A DNA stretch of 63,570 nucleotides, the filler included. It is 10 parts of 10 records of this genome, joined end to end, with 100 filler letters (N's around TTAATTAATTAA, not from the genome) between each part and the next. Parts side by side here need not be neighbours in the genome. Positions count along the whole stretch, not along the records: positions 32,192 to 40,954 come from SRR7504441_9305; positions 41,055 to 50,926 come from SRR7504441_9323; 8 more parts are not named here. One strand, 5' to 3'. This document shows, one piece after another, positions 34,124-45,131 of the stretch. Below the pieces are notes generated by a model. It did no database searches. It saw nothing but the letters and a program-made list of their open reading frames with translations, and was not told the DNA's origin. The stretch's first letter is position 1. Each line of letters begins with the position of its first letter. A program made the translations under genes and the position numbers.

Positions 34124-35751
34124 ATGAGTGGGACCGCGTTCTTCGCAAAGCAGGCGTCCACCGCCCTGGACGCGCTCAAGCAGCAGCACGCCACCAAGGA
34201 GAAGCGCTGGGCCGAGGCTGAGGAGAGCCTCCGCCGCGAGATGCACACCGGTGAGCCAGCTGCCACCGGCCGACTCCACTGAGCCGTCCGCCAGCCCGCG
34301 TGCAGGCCGCCCGGGCCGCGCAGGCCGCCGATGAGTTCCAGGAGCAGTGCCGGGCGCTACAGGAGGTGCGCTGGTGCCGTGGGCGGCTGGGGTCAGCCCA
34401 GGGCGCAGGAGCGCGACCAGCTCGTAGGCCTGCGCGAGGAGGAGCTGGCCGCGGCCCAGGCGGCCCGTGCCCAACTCGAGACCGAACTGTCGGCGGCGAG
34501 GGAAGCGGCCAACAGCGAGCGGGCCGATGCCCGGGCGAACGGTCTGCGACAGTCCCGAGAGAAAGAGGAGGCGCTGGCTGGCCTGAAGCAGGTGCCGGGG
34601 TGACGGCCGGCGGGCTGAAGCATTGGTGCAGGAGCACGCGGCCGAGCTAGTGGTTGTGAAGGCCAAGTGCAGGGCGCTCGAGAGCAACTTGGCCCGGCAG
34701 GTGGGGCCGGCTGTCTGGGCCAGGCTGAATGGCTTGAGCAGGAGCAACAGCACGCCGAGGCTGCAGAGGAGGCCAAGAGTCGACTCGATGAGCTCGCGCG
34801 CCAGGGCGAGCAGGCCACCCACCAGGCGCTGCAGCTTCACCAGCACGAGACCGGCGTGATGGACGACTGCATCAAGCGGCTCCAGGCGCAACACGACGCG
34901 GATGCCACGGGGATCGTACGAGAGCCCGCTGGGCCGCTGTGAGTGGGGCCACAGGAGGAGCAGGCACGACTCGACTTGATCCAGAAGCAAGAGATCGCCG
35001 AGCTCAGCGCCGAGCTGCAGCAGGCGCAGCGCCGATGCGGAGAGCTGCAAGAGAAGCTTGACTCGGCCGAGGGAGACGCGTTGAAGGCACACCCGGAGAG
35101 CCAGTGACTGGGTGATCGCTGCTGCAGGTGGCACAGCAGCAATGCGCTGAACTGAGGCTGAAGCTGGAGACTGAGCACAGTGAGGCGCTGGCCGCCGTCG
35201 AATCTCGGAACAAGGCAGAGGTGTGCGGCTGGGCGGGACGGGCTGAGGGTGCGGTGCAGTTGGACCGACTGCTGACTGGGCAGAGCCTCGAGGATTACAA
35301 GGAGCGCGAGAAGCTCTGCCACCAGCTGGAGACAGCCAGGCGAGCCGGCTGGCCCGGGTGGGGTTAGGGGGCGTGCGCAGGTTGAGGGAGGATAAGATGG
35401 TCCAATCGCACAGCAGTGAGTTGGATCGGTTGAAGCAAACGCTCAAAGAAGCCCATATGAGCTACGAGCAGAAAACAACGGATCGGATTGACATCCTCGG
35501 CCACAACAAGGTGCACCTGCTGGAGGGCTGTGCGCCTGGTGACCGCGAGGCAGGTGCCTAAGCCGCAAGAGCAGGTGCCTCAACCACCAGAGCCACAGAA
35601 GGAGACACAAAGCGCGAGGGCCAACTTGTCGAATAACCTGGCACAACTTACCAGCAAGCTCGATCTTGGCAGCCGACAGACCGTGCCTCAGTTTGAAAGA
35701 TCGACGGACGGAACAGTGTCGGTTCACTTTAGCCTGCCAGGCAATGCTTGA
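34124..35751 (+). CDS. Long coiled-coil protein
   Basis: E/Q/A/R-rich heptad exons joined by about nine ~40-nt introns, two GC-AG with in-frame stops (35087-35127, 35340-35380). Start uncertain. Confidence 0.7.
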
Positions 35752-36189
35752 TCAATACGTGACCTTGATTTAATACTCTTTACGCTAGCTTAATCTTGGA
35801 ATTAAACTACTGCTCTTGTAATCTATGAACAGCATCTATCGAGATTAATGTATCTATGATTACTGCACAAGACATCAGACTGCCAGCCACCAATTAGCCA
35901 CCAATGGAGATCCGACAGTAACTCACAGGTGAAGAATTCACTTGTGCCAGGAGGCTGGGGGTCTCGCGGCACACGATTCGGGGAGGCGGCCCACCCTGGT
36001 CCTACTCAAAAGGCCCTTGCCAGTGAAGGAGCTCAGGCAGAAGCTACCGGCTTGTCGCTCTGCGACTGAATTATCATTGAGTCCGTTGCGAGCTTCAAAA
36101 TTTGAGAGCCGGCGGGTGAGCAGCACGGCGGCGGAGGTCACCTAGCAGCCACCGACTACAGGGCCCGCCGAGCATCGGCACGGGTTGGG

Positions 36190-38770
36190 ATGGCGGCAAC
36201 AGCGCCCCCCAGCACACAAGATGAGCACCTCGACGAGATTCGCTCCGAGCTGGCCGATCGTAGGCGCGGCACCGGCAAGCGCGCTGGCGAAGAGAGCTGC
36301 CACATCAGGCCCTCTGTCAAGATCAAAGCAATCATCGGCCACGACAAGTGCGTCCTCCCCCTGCCTCATTGCCTCCGCGCCCCCATTCACCCAGCGCTCC
36401 CGGGCTCGGGATCACCGGCGTGGGACGGCAGGGCACAGTACTGCATATGCCGCCAGCCGGCTGACGACGCGATGCTCCAATGCTTCGATTGCAACAACTG
36501 GTTCCACATTCGGTGCGCCGTGCCGGCTGGGCGACTCGAGCCTGTTGGCAGCTGCGTCGGGTTCATAATGAAGCGCAGCCGCCGCGAGAAGTACCGGTGT
36601 GCCGAGTGCACCAGCCAGTTCAACGACGCTGAGCTCGAGCGGCAGCGACGGAGCGAAGAGGAGAAGGTGCATCGCCTCATAGAAGAGCGCGTGGGCCGCC
36701 AGCTCTGCCCGCAGCCTCGCTTGAGCCTGCCAGTTGCTGTCGCTGCGGCCAAACAGTGAGCGGGGGGTCAGGCGGTGCGGGCACGCGAGGAGGCCACCAA
36801 GAAAGCGGCTCGCAAGGTCAAGGAGAAGGCCGCTGAGGAGAAGAAGGCCCAGGTCGCCCACCACGCGCGCAGTAGGCGAGCGCGGCTCAGGTAGCGGATC
36901 CAGACCCCAAGCCAAAGCGACCGATGACCGCATGGATCCTGTACCTCAACTCTGTTCGACACGAGATCATGCGAAAGAACCCTGCTGTAGCTGGCCAGTC
37001 TGGGCTGGGCCGAGCGTGCGGGGCAGATCGACATCTGCGCGGTCACGCAGGTTGGATCGACAATGTGGCGGGTGGGTGCAAGCGAGGCTCGTGGGGCGAG
37101 CCGGACGGCAGGCGCTGGACGAGCAGGAGCGGGCTGTGTTTCTGGAGCAGGCAAGCGTGCTCAAGGAGGCGTACGATGTGGAGATGAAGAGCTACAGGAA
37201 GCGGCACCCAGAGAAGAAGGAGAAGAAGAAGATCAAGGGCCGCATGAACATCTTAATCGATCAGTACTTCCAGGAGATCAGCAAAAAGGAGAAGCCTGCG
37301 CCCAAGGCGGTGCCTACACCCGGTTAGGCTGTCGCGACCGGTGGGGAACAGAAAATCGAGTCGAGGAGCGCCAAGCGAGCCAAACTCTCTCAGCGGGATG
37401 CGAACAAGCCGATCCAAATGTCCGAGAGTCAGATGCGGGTGCCCTGCTGCGGGACGTTGCTGACGGCTGGCGCAGGAGCTGGAAGCGCAGGTGTTCAGCC
37501 TAGCCCCGATGATGCCGGACCACTCTTACATGGAGTTCACCGTGTGCCTAGCCCCGTCCAAGGACGGTGCTGACGTGGTGTCTCCTGTGGACGACATGAT
37601 AGCCACAATGCAGTGCCTGGCTCACGACTATCCTGCGCTCTCCTCGGCGTGCGAGCAGGCCTCCAGTGCCAAAAGGACGTTTGACATGAAGGCAATGAGC
37701 GACGCTGTCGAGCTGTTCAACGCCACGATGATGTTCGTAAACCCTTCCAAGGACAGCAACTCTGCGCTTGTGGCCACGCCTCCAAACGCAGCCCAGACAC
37801 TCCATCTGCAGAACCAGGTCACGACCCGAGCTGCCAGCCGCCTGAGCCGGCTGGGCAGGTGTACCACCAGGTGATCAAGAACCCGCTCGCTCTGAACGTT
37901 TACAAAGGTTTCAGCGACGAGGTACCCGAGCAGCCGTGGCTGCCTGGCCGAGCTGGCGACAGGTGTACGGAGAAGCGCAGCACCCGCTGATCAGCGAGCT
38001 GATCCAGACTGTGCCGATCACCAAGGAGATGGTGTTCGTGGACCTTGGCAGTGGGATCGGGCAAGTGGTGATGCAAGTGGCGGCTCAGGCTCAGTGCAAG
38101 CAGTCAGTTGGGATTGAGATCTCCGACACTCCGTCCAGCTACGCCGAGCAGATGGCCACGGCGTTTAGGGAGCAAATGATCCGGTACAGCAAGAGCCACG
38201 GCTCGTTCGATCTGATCCGCGGGAGCTTCTTGGACCCAGCTGTGCTCTCTTCAGCGCTGCTCAGTCAAGCAGATATTCTCTTCGTCAACAACGTGGCGTT
38301 CACAGCCGAAACCAACCAGCAGCTGCTCGAGCGCTTCAGCGCGCTCAAGGAGGGGGCGAAGATCATCTCGATGCGCTCGTTTGCCACACAGGTGGGCGGG
38401 CGGGGCCGGGTGGCCACTTCGAACAACAAGAGCTTTAAGTTCCGATGCAGCTGCGGGATGACTGGGATCTCCAAGAAGTCCCCCGACCTGGTGGATTGCA
38501 TACAGTGCGGGGTCTGGCAGCATCGCCAGTGTGCCGGAGTCTCTTCTGAGAAGGAGGCGGCTGTGTTCATGTGCAAGCAATGTCTTCACTACATGAAGGT
38601 AGGCCCACGGGCTGGCGCCGAACTGAGCTGGCTTGCAGAAACAAGTCAACATGGACGCCGGCATGTCGATGGATGTGCTGGGGCCGTTCCATTCCAAGTC
38701 GCAGAATGCTGTCTCGTGGACCTCGGCGCCGGTGAGCTATTTCATCCACACGATCCACCGGAAGTTATGA
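36190..38770 (+). CDS. DOT1: Histone H3K79 methyltransferase DOT1 with PHD finger, HMG box and a second, inserted PHD finger
   Basis: YCICRQP..MLQCFDCNNWFHIRC (PHD); PKRPMTAWILY...W.AL (HMG); QVY....P..LNVY..FSDEVYGE, FVDLGSGIGQVV, FVNN.AF, VSWT..PVSYFIHTI (DOT1). Confidence 0.92.
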
Positions 38771-38938
38771 ACATGTATTTCGACTAGATTGTAAGTTGTA
38801 AACGATCAAGTGCATTCGATTGTGTACTACAAGTTAACTACAAGTGGTGTACAAACGATGTGACAACACTCATAGTGATGTATTAATAAAATGCATGCAA
38901 GATCTAATTAGATCACCTCTCTAGAGATCACTAAGAGA

Positions 38939-40759
38939 TCACCTCATGAGCTCCTCTAGTTCCTCCAAAAGCTGCGGCTCTTTGGCCAGTTTGGCCAGCT
39001 GGTCCTCATTATACGGTCCGCCTTTGTCTTTAGTCTCAGTGATCTGCCGAAGCGTGCGCTGGATTTTCTTAATCTTCTTCTGCTTCACCAGCTCCGGATC
39101 CTCTTCCACGACCTCCTGCTCGGCCGGCGCCGGCTCTACTGCCTCCGGCTCAGGTTTGGGCGCTGCACTCTCGCCAGCCTCTGCTGCGGCTGCTGCGGCT
39201 CGCTTCTTGGCCTCCCGCTTCTTCTGGTTCTTGAGTGCAGCCTTGGACAGTGGCACGTTCGGGTCCTTCTTGTTCTCTACCTTGCGCGGGCCGACAGCCG
39301 ACGCCCCGGTGCCGCGCTCGGCATCGAGCATCTCGCGCACCCTCGCAGCGTTGGCTTCGCCACCCTTGCCGCGCGCGCTCGGGGGCACGTACTTGCCGGC
39401 CTTGGCCTGGGTGGCATTAGCATTAACTCCGGCTGCCCGGCCCGGGCTGATAGCCCGGTCTGGGTAACTGCCCCGGAGAGCTGGTGCCCAGCCCATCTGG
39501 TAAAGCTCCTCCGTGGACTGCTCATGCTCAAGCACGCCGTGGTACGAGAACATCTTGAAGCAGAAGTCGGTCCGCCGGCGAGGGGCGGTCACCGCTGTGG
39601 CCAGGTGCCGCGAGTCGGGCGACCAGCGTGCCTCGACTGCGTATCTCGAGTTGGCGGCGCCGACCTTCTTGAGACTCTTAGTGTCCCAGAACTCGATGTC
39701 GCCGTTGAGAGACCCAAAGCCGGCCAGGGCCACGAACCGGCAGTGCGGGCTCCAGAGCACCGTGTTGACCGCCATGTTACCAAACTCGAAGCGAGGGAGG
39801 CACTTTTCTCCGAACAAGGTGGCCTTGCCTGGCATGAAGCCGTAGATCACAATAAAGTCGGTGCCCGATGGCGCCCACTGCACATCGTGCACCGGGCCCT
39901 CCTTGTCCAGCGGCACCTGCTGGGTGCCCTTGCCGTCCGCCTGGATGTAGTACAGCTGGCACTCGCCGTAGTAACTCTTGTTCTGAGCATCGGAGGCGCA
40001 GTCGGCCTTGGCAATCAGCACTTTGCCGTTGGGCTGCCAGAGAAAGCTGCACATCTCGGCCCGGAAGAAGGAGGTCTGGGCCACCGGCTGCAGGTCTATG
40101 CTCACTTGGTCCAACTCGCCGAACGAGAACACCTTTACAAACGCCGGCATACCCTTGAGCGGCGGTGTGAAGGTGGCCACTTTGTACGGCTGACGGCCCG
40201 GCGCCACCGAGCAGCTGGCCACGTCACTCACCCGGATCCGGGCGTCCGGGGCGTCTGCGGGCCGGTTGGCGTTGAGGATCACTTCGTTGGTCCGGGTCCG
40301 GGCCACAATCGCCTCATCCGCGCTCCAGAAAACCTGCGGCCAGACGTCCCGCGGGCTATCGCGCGAGCTCCACCGGCTGACCGGCTCGGCAGAGGCCAGG
40401 TCCCAGGCCACCATGTTGGGCTCGGAGTTCTGTGGCGTCCAGCGAGACCAGGCCACCAGCACCGCCCCCGAGGGCGAGAACGAGAGCCCGAGCGCCCCCG
40501 GGTGCGGGATGGTCTGGATCTGCGCGACCGTGCCCGAGCTCGGGTCTGTCTCGAACACGCCGATGCTCTCAGCGCTTGCGACCGCGAGCAGTCGGCCGTC
40601 GGGCGAGTAGCTGCTCCGGGCGTGCGGGTCGGACCCGCCCGGGATCTCGGAGCAGGTCTCCACAGGCGGGGCCGCATCCCGGACCGTCGGCACCCGAAAC
40701 CCGCGGGTGCCCGACGCGCCCCGGATAAACCCAGTCACAAAAGGAGGGATCTCAGCCAT
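38939..40759 (-). CDS. EIF2A: Eukaryotic translation initiation factor 2A
   Basis: KSYYGE, LDKEGPVHDV.W.P, VIYGFMP, LAGFGSLNG.IEFWD, WSPD....TA.TAPR, YVPP.AR; intronless. Confidence 0.95.
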   Translation of the reverse strand: MAEIPPFVTGFIRGASGTRGFRVPTVRDAAPPVETCSEIPGGSDPHARSSYSPDGRLLAVASAESIGVFETDPSSGTVAQIQTIPHPGALGLSFSPSGAVLVAWSRWTPQNSEPNMVAWDLASAEPVSRWSSRDSPRDVWPQVFWSADEAIVARTRTNEVILNANRPADAPDARIRVSDVASCSVAPGRQPYKVATFTPPLKGMPAFVKVFSFGELDQVSIDLQPVAQTSFFRAEMCSFLWQPNGKVLIAKADCASDAQNKSYYGECQLYYIQADGKGTQQVPLDKEGPVHDVQWAPSGTDFIVIYGFMPGKATLFGEKCLPRFEFGNMAVNTVLWSPHCRFVALAGFGSLNGDIEFWDTKSLKKVGAANSRYAVEARWSPDSRHLATAVTAPRRRTDFCFKMFSYHGVLEHEQSTEELYQMGWAPALRGSYPDRAISPGRAAGVNANATQAKAGKYVPPSARGKGGEANAARVREMLDAERGTGASAVGPRKVENKKDPNVPLSKAALKNQKKREAKKRAAAAAAEAGESAAPKPEPEAVEPAPAEQEVVEEDPELVKQKKIKKIQRTLRQITETKDKGGPYNEDQLAKLAKEPQLLEELEELMR

Positions 40760-40954
40760 CGTCGAGCGATGGGCTGGGTTGCGTCGTCGAGCGGCGTTTC
40801 TCGCGCGCTGGAGTGATCAGATCACCAGCTGCAATAGTCTACTGGTAGCCTATACAGCCGTACGGTAGCTACCTGTAGTCTACTGGTGATGGCCAGGTAT
40901 TTTTTTTATTTACTGTGATACTCGTACCTTAGCAAAAGCATGTTTCCATCTAGC

Positions 40955-41054
40955 NNNNNNNNNNNNNNNNNNNNNNNNNNNNNNNNNNNNNNNNNNNNTT
41001 AATTAATTAANNNNNNNNNNNNNNNNNNNNNNNNNNNNNNNNNNNNNNNNNNNN
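40955..41054. other. Artificial contig spacer
   Basis: 44N + TTAATTAATTAA + 44N. Confidence 0.98.
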
Positions 41055-41290
41055 TGCGGTGTGAGGGTGTACTGAAACTACACCAGCAATTGAGATGTAG
41101 GCCGCCAACATCGTACCAACATCGGGTCTGTGGTCTGGGCAATCCAATTGACTTCACCAATGAATTCTCGGTACTTGGTGGCGTCCTCATCGGTCAGCCA
41201 CTTCTCATCCAGCTTGTCCTTGTGCATCTGCTGCAAAACCTCCTTAGTGAACGGCACCTGCCTGGGGTTGCAGTCAGCCATTCCCTTCAT
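41055..41290 (-). mobile_element. Degenerate Ty1/copia reverse-transcriptase fragment
   Basis: GMADCNPRQVP...YREFIGEVNWIAQTTDPML resembles copia GM..C.P..TP...YR..IG.L.YL...RPDI. Frame broken by a CGATGTTGG duplication. Confidence 0.7.
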
Positions 41291-41449
41291 ACGTCATGTG
41301 AAATTCCCAATACTCGAACAATGCCAGTATCCCCTCGGAGAGCAATGTGGTGTTCCGTTGACTACGCAGTGGCAAGCTCATGGCAAGCTAATGGTAGCTC
41401 CATCAACCCTCCACTCGGGATCAGAATACCTATGGACTTATAAAAATCT

Positions 41450-41891
41450 GCTTTTATCAGTTCGTCGATCTGCTGCTGCTTGGCTGCAACCTCCCAGTGA
41501 CGGCGAGCGCGTGCGGTGCGCTGACCTGCGTTATTGCATTTGGCCTTGTTGTACTGCTGTCGCAGTCTTTGGATGCTTTTGGTCGTCTTTTTGATCACCT
41601 CGTCGATAGGATCCTTCAGCCCGGCCGCCGAGCCCTGCCCGGCCCTTCAGCCAGGGACAGGCTAGGGCGCGCAAACCATCTTGAGCTTCATGAGCTTCTT
41701 CTGGATGTCCTTGTTCTCTTCCTTGGTCCGACGGGCGTCGTCCCGGTTCCGGGCCATGTCTTTCGAGAGCATATCGTACTGGGCTTTCCGGCCGCCGGCT
41801 GCCGCGCGGGTTGAGCCGGCGGGGGCGGTTGCGGCGGACCGGCCATGTGGAGCCGGGCCTGCGCATCGCTCACGTCGCCCTGGTCTGGCAT
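41450..41891 (-). pseudogene. N-terminal fragment of an outer-dynein-arm docking complex (ODAD3/CCDC151-like) gene, truncated or interrupted
   Basis: Three ~41-nt introns give DAQARLHMAAGGRKAQYD...RNRDDARRTKEENKDIQKKL. Coding character is lost after QQQIDELI, next to the copia remnant. Confidence 0.5.
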
Positions 41892-42088
41892 CCTTGGCCG
41901 ACTCTCGCCGCTCGCACCCTGGGCAGTCACAGCGCTCTACGGACGCTGTAGGAGGCCCTGGCACTGTGCCATCTTTTTATGGCTAGACGCTTGGGTGGCC
42001 CAAATTAGAAGCTGCCTTTTAGGGGAAAAGGGACCGAAGCGGAGCACGATACAGCACTACACCGGGTGGGAGGTAGAGGCAGTACGGG

Positions 42089-44968
42089 ATGCAGGAGGGC
42101 CACCGGAGTACAGGCTCCTACCGGCCTGGTGGGGCACGCCCCCCTGCACGCCACGGTGGTTCCCACGTTCTGGCGCTGCCGCTCGCGCTCGTGGTGGCGG
42201 CCTGCACCAGCGATGCCTCGGCCACGACGGTGCTGCGGCTCGGCAGCGCCACGGTCGGCGTGGACTGGGCCCTGTCGAATCGCAACGGCAGCATCCGAGC
42301 CGCTGCCCGAGTGCCCGGCTGCGCCCATACCGACCTCCTGGCCGCGGGGGTCATCGGCGAGCCGAACTTCGGGCGTAATACCGAGCTGCAGCGGTGGGTG
42401 GCGTCCGAGAGCTTTTCGTACCGTGCCTCGTTCTCGGTCCCCGCGCTCGTGCTCGCGCACCGGAACGTCGACCTGCAGCTCAGCGGGCTGGACACTGCTG
42501 TGGCCGTGGCCCTCAACCACCGGCCTGTACTCTCCGCCGCCAACATGCATCGCACTTTCCTCGTGGACGCGCACGGGCTGCTGGAGCCGAACAACACGCT
42601 GGAGTTCTCGTTCACTGGGCCGGTGCCCGCGTCGCTGGCGGCGGAGGCGGCGTGCGTGGCAAAGCACGGCCCGCACTGCGCCGATCGCGCCTGCGTCTGC
42701 CCGTCTGCCTGGGCGGGCCCCGCGCCACAGCCGCTGTTGATCAACGCCTACCTCCGCAAGGAGCAGCAGTCGTTCTCATGGGACTTCGCCCCCGCAACAG
42801 GCACGAGCGGCGTCACTGCGGAGCCGATGGTGGTGGGTTATGACACAGCGCTGCTCCGTGACTTGGTGATCGACACCCAACCGCTGACAGCCGAGCGTAC
42901 AACTGGCTGGCACGTGACCGTCGCTGTCCGGCTGTGGAGCAGTCGCGGGCCGGTGCCCGGCGCCGCTGACGCCACGCTCGTGGCTAGCATGGCCGAACTC
43001 GGCGCAAGCGCAACGGAGCCAGTAAAGATCGCTGTCGGAGAGACGGTCCAGACCCTGCATCTGACCATTGCCGCCGGCGCGGGCGTGAAGCGCTGGTGGC
43101 CGAATGGATACGGCGAACAGCACACCTACAGCCTGATCGTTTCTCTCGACGTCGGACGGAACCAGACGCAGACGAAGACGGCACGGGTCGGCTTCCGAAC
43201 CATCGTGATCGATCAGCCGGCATTGCCGGAGGGGCACGGCGACGGACACCTGTTTCGGTACGTGGTGAACGGACAGCCGATCTGGGCCCGAGGTTCAAAT
43301 TTCGTACCGGCAGAGAGCCTGCAGCCACGTGTCACTCGGCGGGAGCTGCGCCGCCTCTTCGACGCATATTCTGCGGCTCACTTCACGAGCCTGCGAGTGT
43401 GGGGTGGAGGCGTGTATGCCTCTGATGATTTCATGGAGCTGGCCACTCAGAGTGGCATCATCGTTTCGCACGACTTTATGTTTGGAGACCAGTTCTACCC
43501 AACGGACGGTGACTTTCTTCGGGACGTTGCGGCAGAGGTGAAGGATCAAGCGTGGCGCCTCGGCCATCACACATCCCTCGGCGCGTGGTTTGCGAACAAT
43601 GAGATGGCCGCGGGGTACAGCGACGACCATCATCTCTTCACCGCGCAGAGGCAGTATTCGCAACTCTACTTCGAGACCATCCACGGAAACCTCACGAGCG
43701 TTGACCCGTATCGAGTCTGGATGAGCTCCACTCCGGCACAGGGCAACGAGACACCAGCCGTACCTTACAACAGAGGTGGCTCCGAAGTGGAGCTCCGTGG
43801 CGATATGCATTTCTACGGCTTCCCGGACGACGATTGCTGGAATGTTTCTGCCTATCCGCGAGCCCGCTTCATCACTGAGTCAGGATTTGAGTCGTTCCCT
43901 TCTTTCATGACGATGGCTCCGACGCTTGCCAAAACCGATTACGGTTTCAATGCATCAGTGCCTGCGTCGCGCCAGCAGCACCCGCATGGGCAGCAGCAGA
44001 TCGCGCACAACGTCGAGTCGAACTGGCGCTGGCCGGACCGTTGGCCGAACAACAGCGCGTCGGGCTATCGAGACGAGCTCTGGATGACGCAGGTCGCGGC
44101 ATCGCAGTGCCTGACGGCCGCCGTGGAGTTCTGGCGCGGTACAAGTGATGAGTTGATCAACACCACCTACCCACTCTCACCCCTTGGCTGGGCGATGCTC
44201 GGCGGCAACGCTGGCGTGCTGTACTGGCAGGCCGATGACACCTGGCCCGGTCCGTCGTGGTCAACGATCGAGCTCGGCGGCCGACTTAAAGTGGGGCATT
44301 ACAGCATGCAGCGCGCCTTCGCACCGTTGCTGGTCGCGGGCCGGATCCACGAGGGTGTGCTGGCCGTCCGCTTCTCTAACCACGGGAGAAGGAGCCTCGG
44401 AGCCAGCGCATCTCTACGCTGCACTGCTTACAAGTGGTCAGGCGGTGTAGCGGGCACTCCGCTGACGCATACAGTTGTGCTGCCGGCAGCGCACGCTTCG
44501 TCACTGCTGCTAAGAGCAAGCCTGGCTGAGGTCTTGCGCAGCACTGGCTGTCCGGACCGCACCCAGTGCGTGCTGGCGCTGGATGTCACAACGGCCCAGG
44601 GCGATCGATTGGCGAGCAATTGGGTCTATCTGTCGCCCTTCCACCAAGTTTCGTCAATGATTGCGTCTCCGGCGCTCGCTGTGCACGGCGTGGCGCGGGC
44701 GAGCCCACCCGCGGACCGTGCAGACCTGCGCAGCTTCAACCTGACTATCGTAGCGCAGCGCATCCCTGTGGCAGTTGTGTGGCTCGAGACCAAACTGCCC
44801 GGCCGTTTCAGCGACAACGGCTTCCTAATGGTGGCGCACGAACGGCAGCTGCAGTGGACCACAGACGAGGTGGCGGTTACCGCGAGCCAGCTCGGCGCGA
44901 GCCTTTCGGTCAGATCTTTGGTCGACGTGTCACCAGGCTACACAGCCCAGGGCTCAACGCGTGCTTGA
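42089..44968 (+). CDS. MANBA: Beta-mannosidase (GH2)
   Basis: VPGCAHTDL, GLDT, RKEQQSFSWDFAP, WWPNGYGEQ, RGSNFVP, LRVWGGGVY, NNE, RFITESGF, LYWQ..D.W...SWS; intronless. Confidence 0.93.
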   Translation: MQEGHRSTGSYRPGGARPPARHGGSHVLALPLALVVAACTSDASATTVLRLGSATVGVDWALSNRNGSIRAAARVPGCAHTDLLAAGVIGEPNFGRNTELQRWVASESFSYRASFSVPALVLAHRNVDLQLSGLDTAVAVALNHRPVLSAANMHRTFLVDAHGLLEPNNTLEFSFTGPVPASLAAEAACVAKHGPHCADRACVCPSAWAGPAPQPLLINAYLRKEQQSFSWDFAPATGTSGVTAEPMVVGYDTALLRDLVIDTQPLTAERTTGWHVTVAVRLWSSRGPVPGAADATLVASMAELGASATEPVKIAVGETVQTLHLTIAAGAGVKRWWPNGYGEQHTYSLIVSLDVGRNQTQTKTARVGFRTIVIDQPALPEGHGDGHLFRYVVNGQPIWARGSNFVPAESLQPRVTRRELRRLFDAYSAAHFTSLRVWGGGVYASDDFMELATQSGIIVSHDFMFGDQFYPTDGDFLRDVAAEVKDQAWRLGHHTSLGAWFANNEMAAGYSDDHHLFTAQRQYSQLYFETIHGNLTSVDPYRVWMSSTPAQGNETPAVPYNRGGSEVELRGDMHFYGFPDDDCWNVSAYPRARFITESGFESFPSFMTMAPTLAKTDYGFNASVPASRQQHPHGQQQIAHNVESNWRWPDRWPNNSASGYRDELWMTQVAASQCLTAAVEFWRGTSDELINTTYPLSPLGWAMLGGNAGVLYWQADDTWPGPSWSTIELGGRLKVGHYSMQRAFAPLLVAGRIHEGVLAVRFSNHGRRSLGASASLRCTAYKWSGGVAGTPLTHTVVLPAAHASSLLLRASLAEVLRSTGCPDRTQCVLALDVTTAQGDRLASNWVYLSPFHQVSSMIASPALAVHGVARASPPADRADLRSFNLTIVAQRIPVAVVWLETKLPGRFSDNGFLMVAHERQLQWTTDEVAVTASQLGASLSVRSLVDVSPGYTAQGSTRA

Positions 44969-45131
44969 AATGAATTGGAACGTTTTGCACAACCTCCTTC
45001 GCCTATCCTGACCGGATCACAAAAGTATGCTAGCGTAATGTGGAACTACCTAGTATTATGCATTCAAAAATCACGCGTCCATAGATGTGTCAAATTTATA
45101 CAACACAACATGGGGGTTTTACTTTAATCCC

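Noticed and set aside
34091-40816. Long antisense or overlapping ORFs (e.g. 34091-35446 minus, 39524-40816 plus)
   Set aside because: Shadow ORFs expected from high GC and codon bias opposite real genes; no recognisable motifs.
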